NCBI RefSeq assembly: GCF_009602425.1
Contig: NW_022258259.1
Span: 265,204 to 279,137, forward strand
DNA: 13,934 nt
Source: Actinia tenebrosa
Lineage: Eukaryota
Direction of reading: 5' to 3'
Every line of letters begins with the position of its first letter. The stretch's first letter is position 1. Made by a program: the position numbers and the translations under genes. The notes under the pieces were generated by a model. That model was not told the DNA's origin and did not search any database. It worked only from the letters and a program-made list of their open reading frames with translations. Shown one piece after another: positions 8,410 to 13,934 of this stretch.

Positions 8410-8650
8410 GTAACAATCTAACTATCCCTTGTGGGGGAGTGAGGGGTGTGTGCACATTAGAGCAAAACTACTGGATCTTGTTGCACAGGTAACAATCTAA
8501 CTATCCCTTGTGGGGGAGGGAGGGGTTTGTGCACATTAGAGCAAAACAACTGGATCTTGTTGCACAGGTAACAATCTAACTATCCCTTGTGGGGGAGGGA
8601 GGGGTTTGTGCACATTAGAGCAAAACTACGATCTTGTGGTTCCGGTAACA
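8380..8650 (+). repeat. Tandem array of a 79-bp unit (about 3.4 copies) that duplicates the last 30 nt of exon 11 plus its GTAACA donor and about 49 nt of intron
   Basis: Units at 8380-8458, 8459-8537, 8538-8616 and a partial one from 8617 are each agagcaaaactactggatcttgttgcacaggtaacaatctaactatcccttgtgggggag[tg]gaggggt[gt]tgtgcacatt, differing by only a few substitutions. Confidence 0.9.
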
Positions 8651-8746
8651 AATTATAACCATTTGATTCACCGAAAGTGGATATCCTGTCTGACAACTTA
8701 ATTTCACTTTTTCATCATCTTTCTCACAATTCTTTTGCTATCCAAG

Positions 8747-8831
8747 GTGGTTGTATTACAATCCTACAAGAACAACAGTACTCTTTCTATTGAAGCAAAA
8801 TATGTCTTCCCCTTGGACGATAAGGCTGCAG
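8747..8831 (+). CDS. PARP4: PARP4-like exon, VIT domain: VVVLQSYKNNSTLSIEAKYVFPLDDKAA(V)
   Basis: Acceptor ttcttttgctatccaAG at 8745-8746 and donor GCAG|GTATTT at 8832. EAKYVFPLD is the conserved VIT-domain signature shared with the VIT domains of PARP4 and ITIH proteins. Confidence 0.85.
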
Positions 8832-9152
8832 GTATTTCAACTACTCTAGCAATGCAGAATGAATGAACGATTCGCATTTGATGAATACATTTTGTTCTCT
8901 TTAATGTGATAATGTGACGTGTTTTTTTTCTACTATCTTGCACTTTATTAACTTTACTACTGTTTTGTCTTTTACTCCAACGAAGGACTAACTTCCAGAA
9001 CGTTAGTCCCGTTTCCTTTTCCAAACTTTTTACACAGGGTTTAAGTTTGCTTCTTATCAATTTGTGACAATCCCAACTATGAACCCCTAGTCATTATCCG
9101 TTTTGCTTCATAATTGATTGACAAAAACTTTTCCTTTCTGCCTTTTCATCAG

Positions 9153-9286
9153 TATGCGGTTTTGAGGCCTTTATTAATGGTAAACACATTATTGGTGAAG
9201 TCAAAGAAAAAGAACAGGCCCGCAAGGAATACCGGGAAGCCATCAGCCAGGGTCATGGGGCCTACTTGATGGACGAAGAAACACCG
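9153..9286 (+). CDS. PARP4: PARP4-like exon, VIT domain: (V)CGFEAFINGKHIIGEVKEKEQARKEYREAISQGHGAYLMDEETP
   Basis: Acceptor ccttttcatcAG at 9151-9152 and donor CCG|GTGAGG at 9287. Very strong resemblance to the vertebrate PARP4 VIT segment AVCGFEAFINGKHIVGE...QGHGAYLM, recalled from memory. Confidence 0.85.
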
Positions 9287-9577
9287 GTGAGGAGACTGAA
9301 TTGTACCCAATGACATTTTGACACTAGAACCCCTTTGCCTAGACGTGCAATTTATCATGTTTACTAAGAAAGTAAATGTTTGTTTTCTGCGAACATATAG
9401 CAATATTTCGTGAATACACTTTTGGAAGACTAGCAGACACTGTATTAAGGACGTTCATGTGCATTGTTCGCGCGCATCCTGTCTACGCATGAATGAGTGA
9501 GCGCGCGCTCATCGTAATGACGTCATTCCAATGTTTTGATAAGCAAAATAACATGAAAACGTCTTTAATCCCTTAAA

Positions 9578-9745
9578 GAGGCTTTACAACATCACGTGAT
9601 GGCAGCCATGACAGGAGGCACAACAATGGAGTCGTACTCCCCTGTGAAACAGAATTCTTTCTCATGTAAATCAGATTAGACCAGATTCAATTGTTTCTAC
9701 CTCCTGTCATGGCTGCCATCACGTGATGGTGCAGAGCCTCTATAG
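9578..9745. mobile_element. Palindromic MITE, family P, copy 2, better-preserved 40-bp TIRs
   Basis: Left TIR agaggctttacaacatcacgtgatggcagccatgacaggagg and right TIR cctcctgtcatggctgccatcacgtgatggtgcagagcctct. Same internal sequence as copy 1. Confidence 0.75.
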
Positions 9746-9858
9746 CTCTAAAACTAAGTCGGGGACCTCCCTTTTTCATTTCATTTTTTGAAAGAACTTT
9801 ATAATACCCAACCTTAGAGGGAAGATGAAAATAATCTGGCGATACACATTTTATGCAT

Positions 9859-10048
9859 AATAAGCCTGAAGCGAGATAACGGTTAACCCCCGACTCTATA
9901 CCATAATAGTTTTTGAAATTCTTTCATATTAAAATTTTTGATTCCTTAGAGAATACAGGAACAATAGTCATAATTAAAGAACAAAAGCAATGTGAAAAGG
10001 ATTATGGTCTAGAGATGGGGGTAAAACGTCATCTCGCTTCAGGCTTAT
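9859..10048. mobile_element. Second MITE in intron 13, with about 33-bp TIRs (aataagcctgaagcgagataacggttaaccccc / gggggtaaaacgtcatctcgcttcaggcttatt)
   Basis: The inverted repeat is visible in sequence, with about 120 bp of AT-rich internal sequence. It sits 114 bp downstream of family-P copy 2. Confidence 0.6.
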
Positions 10049-10340
10049 TGGAATAGAAGTTCATGTAACGTGAAGGCTCCAAGTCCACTTTTGTTGTAAT
10101 ATCATTTTATATTTCTAACTTTTTAACACAAATTTTAAAAGCGAACTAACTATTTCATTATTTTCTAAAATTCTGAAATTATTTTATCAGTAAAATATGG
10201 CTTGTTTTTGACAGCTTTCCATGCATGTCTACGTTGTTCGCGCGTCAGTTTTTACCGTAAAAAGGACGAACTTCCACGCATTCTGACGGCTTAACAAAAT
10301 ATGATGATGGAAACTTTAGTCTTCTACGCAGCTGCTATTA

Positions 10341-10398
10341 GTGTCGTCACGCAACGCTTTTTCCCCTGTGTTGGAGAGTGAGCGTTGTGTGACGACAC
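10341..10398. repeat. Hairpin-forming inverted repeat, 18-bp arms (agtgtcgtcacgcaacgct / agcgttgtgtgacgacac) with a 22-nt spacer
   Basis: Direct reading, one mismatch between the arms. Confidence 0.6.
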
Positions 10399-10711
10399 AT
10401 GAACCTCAAGCATAATGACATTTCATACCTACACTACCACAATCCCTTTCGGTAGCTTTGTTGGTATTCTCAAATTAGTTTGAATTCATTGAATATAAAC
10501 AAATTTTGAAAAGGATTGTGTTGTTTTTGGTATAAAGTGTTGTTTCGTTGTGTTGTTGTGTTGTGTTGTTTTTGGTATAAAGTGTCTTAGATAGGGTAGA
10601 ATCTATTGAGAGAATATTAGCCGCTTAAGTTTCAAGAACTTGTACGTTTTGTCATTTCGTAAAACACATTTGGTCTGGCAAGTTTAAAAGTCAAATTTGC
10701 ATTGAATTTTA

Positions 10712-10925
10712 CCAAGAGAGCATAAATAAGAGAGGGAAACTTCTTAATAACGCGCGCGCCATGTATATTCCCGCTTAGGCTATTTTTAGTAACCGGATGC
10801 AGTTACAATTTCGCCTTTCCCTATTCTCGTGCGTCATCAACTTGCGCGCGTGTGCTCTTTCCGTTCCGTGTTTAGTGATCAAAACAATAAATAGAAGTTT
10901 CCCTCTCTCATTTATGCTCTCTTGG
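10712..10925. mobile_element. MITE with 32-bp TIRs (ccaagagagcataaataagagagggaaacttc / gaagtttccctctctcatttatgctctcttgg), flanked on both sides by TTTTA
   Basis: One mismatch between the TIRs. The interior is CpG-rich (cgcgcgcgcc, cttgcgcgcgtgtgc). The possible 3-5 bp target-site duplication is TTTTA or TTA. Confidence 0.7.
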
Positions 10926-11205
10926 TTTTACTAGAAGAGGTTTTGGACTGCTTTGCATACGCACTTATAGCCTACGCTAACGTTTTTCATCACAATCGTG
11001 TCGAAAATAGCATCTCGTGTTTGCAGTCATGTGCGCAACATCTTTTGAAGGGGTTTTCAGTGACGCAGTTCGTTTCTGTGGGCAACGACATCCAGAGCGG
11101 ATTCATTCATTTTATTTCATTTGGGTATTTCATTTTATTATTTTATTTTATTTCGATGCCCCATTCCGATACCTTTATTAATTCATCCATCCTTTTCGCT
11201 GCAAG

Positions 11206-11370
11206 GACGTGTTTACCGTCAGTGTTGGCAATCTCCCTCCCAATGCAAGTGTCCTGATCAAAATCACCCACATAGTAGAGCTGGCCGTGGAGGGTGAAAA
11301 CGTCTCCTTCAGTCTACCAGGCAGCGTGGCACCATGGAAACGGAGTCAGGCTCTTGATAGCATCACACAG
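11206..11370 (+). CDS. PARP4: PARP4-like exon, VIT domain: DVFTVSVGNLPPNASVLIKITHIVELAVEGENVSFSLPGSVAPWKRSQALDSITQ
   Basis: Acceptor ccttttcgctgcaAG at 11204-11205 and donor CAG|GTACCT at 11371. 55 codons in phase 0. PDVFTVSVGNLPP...VLIKIT is a hallmark VIT stretch of PARP4. Confidence 0.85.
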
Positions 11371-11449
11371 GTACCTTACACTCAACTCTAGTTCCCTTAT
11401 TAACTTCGAAATATTCATTGGGCTTTTGGCTTCCATCAATCAATAGTTC

Positions 11450-11885
11450 TCTAAGGCCTATGTCGGACTGATGTCTTAGCGAATCTATTAAACATGGCAC
11501 TTTGTTAGGCCTAACCCAAACGTGGAACTGACCATGAATGAATTTAGTCCTGTCGAAAACTATTAATTTGGAAATAGGCTTATGATTAGTACGACGTTTG
11601 CCGCAATTAAGTTCGACCATAGGTTAGAGTCACAACTCAAAGCAAACATTTTCAACAAAATAATTTGTGGAGTATTTTTTGTTGCCCAGTACTTTGTAAA
11701 AATGTTATTGTTACTTCTTATCATAGTTAATGGAGTGGAATGGTTTGGAAACTTGCGCGAGTGAATTAAGATCTAAATTGGTTCGACGCTTGCCGCCACG
11801 TGGGCCCTTAGTCGCCCTATCGACGAACCTATGTTGAATAGATTCGGTGCGAAGTTAGTCCGACGCTTGCCATAGGCCTAACTCA
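11450..11885. repeat. Cluster of at least four degenerate direct and inverted copies of an about 35-bp motif (GTYCGACGYTTGCC...ATAGGCCTAAC) in intron 14
   Basis: The motif appears as ggcctatgtcggact at 11455, ttaggcctaacccaaacg at 11505, agtacgacgtttgccgcaattaagttcgaccatagg at 11589, ggttcgacgcttgccgcc at 11781 and agtccgacgcttgccataggcctaactcagactg at 11857. Confidence 0.45.
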
Positions 11886-12121
11886 GACTGTTGGAAATTT
11901 GATGGACAGAAGGCTGAACGCGAGATAGCGTGCTGCATCTGGTATTGATTTCTAGGTCTCAGTAACATGAAAGGAGCTCTAAACGGTATTACATTGAAAA
12001 AATAATTGCATGTCGTACCGTCTACGTGTGCTGTAAGTCAGTTCTGTAGGTTTCCCACTCATAGGCTATCCATTGTTATGGGAAGCCATTTCAGTGATGT
12101 ATTGATTGTGTTCTTCTGCAG

Positions 12122-12156
12122 ACAGATGTTCATACTGTTAGAGTCGAGGAGGAGAC
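12122..12156 (+). CDS. PARP4: PARP4-like micro-exon: TDVHTVRVEEE(T)
   Basis: Acceptor gtgttcttctgcAG at 12120-12121 and donor GAC|GTAAGT at 12157. 35 nt in phase 0 to 2. Needed to keep the frame between the flanking exons. Confidence 0.7.
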
Positions 12157-12425
12157 GTAAGTTATGTAACGCCCACTAACGTTATTGTCTCATGAGATTT
12201 TCCAAGGTTTTTAGCCTATTGAATACAGTGTAGTCCATACACCAAAAATGATTTCTGAACATTGTGGCCTATTCTATTGCTAACTACCTACCATACAAGG
12301 CTAGATATTTGCGCTCGTAATTCAGTGTCGTGCACCTATTTCAAAAACGTTGTCATCGCCAAAGGCAGAAATGATTTCTTCGACTTCAAACGACGTTGAA
12401 TTATAGTCTCAACGCTAAAGGCGCG

Positions 12426-12651
12426 ATTACACGGAGCAATTTTCTCTGCAACTAGTCTCGCAACGGCGTTGCGGCACAAGTTACATGGAGTATTGCAGCG
12501 TGTAACCTACAGCGTAATTTGAAAACTGTTGCGAGACAAGTTGCAGCAATCGTTGCAATCGTTGCGTCTCCGTTTCACCGCGTAAACACTCTTTCAACTT
12601 GTGTCGCAACCCTGTTGCTAGACGAGTTGCAAAGAAAATTATTCCGCGTAA
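12426..12651. mobile_element. Foldback or MITE-like element with about 55-bp imperfect inverted arms rich in GTTGCR motifs
   Basis: Left arm attacacggagcaattttctctgcaactagtctcgcaacggcgttgcggcacaag. The reverse complement of the right arm is attacgcggaataattttctttgcaactcgtctagcaacagggttgcgacacaag. The centre holds further partial copies (gttgcgagacaagttgcagcaatcgttgcaatcgttgcg). Confidence 0.6.
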
Positions 12652-12996
12652 TGGAAGGTCCATGTTCCGCCGTAAGGTCTATGTTCTTGACAAGAATAAG
12701 TAAGAAGAAACACAAGTCATTCCAGCTATTCCTGGGTCTTGAAATGGCCTATCTCTTATTGCTTTTCGCCTATCGTCTTTGGCGATGACAGCGTGTATAC
12801 GGTTTGTCACAGCTCACCTTACAAAGCTGAGACCGCTAAGGATCATGAGGAACATTTTTTATCCAAGTAAACGGTCTAAGAGTAGTAAAGAGACTACAGT
12901 TCATATAGTATGCGCAACACTCATTGGACTAAAGTTTTTTGGTAAACATGTTTCTGAAGGTTTCGGTTGTTATTAAAGTTGTTTGTACGTTTGTAG

Positions 12997-13078
12997 GAAT
13001 ACTACTATACAGGTTGCCATAGAGATGCCATTTGACATACGATCCATTCAGTCTCCAACACATCCAATTAGAATAAAG
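12997..13078 (+). CDS. PARP4: PARP4-like exon: (T)NTTIQVAIEMPFDIRSIQSPTHPIRIK
   Basis: Acceptor ttgtttgtacgtttgtAG at 12995-12996 and donor AAG|GTAATG at 13079. IEMPF corresponds to the PARP4 motif SIEMPYVIEF. Confidence 0.8.
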
Positions 13079-13084
13079 GTAATG

Positions 13085-13315
13085 TTTCTATCATCTTTAT
13101 TTGTACAACTGTTCCCCGATGGAAGGCATGAGTACCCTACATTTCATATTCCGGCTTGGTTACCAGCGTGGTTGGTCCTTGTGGTGTTGTAGTTAACACA
13201 TCGGACTAGAATACCGAAGACGTGGGTTTGATTCCCGCCAAGGGCATTTGATATTTTTCTCTTATTCTCTCTATTTCATTGCACACACCGAACGCATAAT
13301 TTATTACTACTATAA
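13085..13315 (+). mobile_element. tRNA-derived SINE (family A), full-length-like copy
   Basis: About 90% identical to the 1303-1605 element across the leader, the tRNA-like region (gggtttgattcccgcc) and the body through atttattactactata. Starts within about 10 bp of the exon 16 donor. Confidence 0.75.
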
Positions 13316-13530
13316 CATATTACATTGCATTGTATTGCTGGTTTTCACAACTGCCATCTTGGATTTGTTACTAGATTTTGTTATATCAATCAACCTAGTT
13401 GCCATGTCTTTTGTTATTTCATTCTCCTGAGAATGATTGACAAACAGCAACATGCAAAACATTGCACCATCCCTTATGAGGTTGCAGCACATTTTAAAAC
13501 TTTGTTGTGTTTTTATTTTTACTATGTTAG

Positions 13531-13668
13531 CGAACGGCGACCAAAGCTGTCGTTGAACTGGAACCAGGTCACGTGATGGGCGATGGTTTTCAACTCATCA
13601 TTGGATTGGCTGAAATTCACGTCCCAAGAATGTGGGTGGAGAGTCACGAGACAAAGCATGATAGCGAG
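13531..13668 (+). CDS. PARP4: PARP4-like exon: RTATKAVVELEPGHVMGDGFQLIIGLAEIHVPRMWVESHETKHDSE
   Basis: Acceptor ttttatttttactatgttAG at 13529-13530 and donor GAG|GTCAGT at 13669. 46 codons. VPRMWVE corresponds to vertebrate PARP4 LPRMWVEKHPEKESE. Confidence 0.8.
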
Positions 13669-13934
13669 GTCAGTACGGACATGACCCTTGGTCATTATTA
13701 ATATGCATAAATTAGCATTAAATTTTTTTTTTTTTTGATTGCTGTAGTTGTATTGCTGGGTTTTAATCAGCTGATAAAATTGAGTCTTCTTATCTCATTA
13801 TCTGCTACAAATAGTGGTCAAACACTGAACACCGTTGATTTGACGGCTGATGAACATACCGCAAGGGACAGGAAGTGAAATTAAGGGAATCGTGCAATTA
13901 AATTTTATTATATATCTTATTATATATTTTATTA

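Noticed and set aside
8764-9403. Minus-strand ORFs of 98 and 84 aa opposite exons 12 and 13
   Set aside because: These are antisense shadows of genuine plus-strand exons, which is common in open coding regions. They have no homology signal of their own.
10922-11257. Plus-strand 111-aa ORF beginning inside the MITE right TIR
   Set aside because: It starts in TIR sequence, runs through AT-rich intron and is out of frame with exon 14 (11206-11370). The real exon frame is the one captured by ORF 11209-11391.
12519-12976. Plus-strand ORFs of 89 and 65 aa in intron 15
   Set aside because: The first is generated by the GTTGCR-rich foldback element (repetitive VAAIVAIVA peptide). The second has no start context, homology or splice continuity with the PARP4 frame.
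1-13934. Any prokaryotic system (CRISPR array, operon, defence island, toxin-antitoxin pair)
   Set aside because: The sequence shows spliceosomal introns with GT-AG boundaries and polypyrimidine tracts, tRNA-SINEs, LINE and MITE insertions, microsatellites and low coding density. There are no regularly spaced direct repeats with unique spacers and no tightly packed co-oriented ORFs. The locus is a eukaryotic gene.

Overview
This window is eukaryotic (metazoan) genomic DNA, not a prokaryotic locus. The plus strand carries 17 consecutive exons of a vault poly(ADP-ribose) polymerase (PARP4-like) gene. They span the PARP helical regulatory subdomain, the ADP-ribosyltransferase catalytic domain and the start of the VIT domain, and the gene is partial at both ends of the window (first visible exon begins near 1073, last visible exon ends at 13668, and intron sequence runs to the window end). 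The H-Y-E catalytic residues are present and the splice phases stay consistent through all 17 exons; every donor is GT, nearly all are GTRAGT-like, and every acceptor is AG after a pyrimidine tract. The introns are packed with interspersed repeats: two tRNA-derived SINE families (one sense, one antisense), a 5'-truncated CR1/L2-type LINE fragment on the minus strand, at least five MITE or foldback elements with terminal inverted repeats, and several micro- and minisatellites. There are no rRNA or authentic tRNA genes, no CRISPR array, and no operon-like or defence-system architecture. Nothing supports a novel multi-gene system. The most interesting local features are a 79-bp tandem triplication that copies the end of exon 11 together with its splice donor, SINE copies sitting a few tens of bp from two splice donors, and an intron 13 stuffed with nested MITEs. 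The host organism cannot be named from sequence alone. The low GC content (roughly 37-38% by eye), the MITE load and the presence of a vault PARP fit a marine invertebrate, but that is inference.
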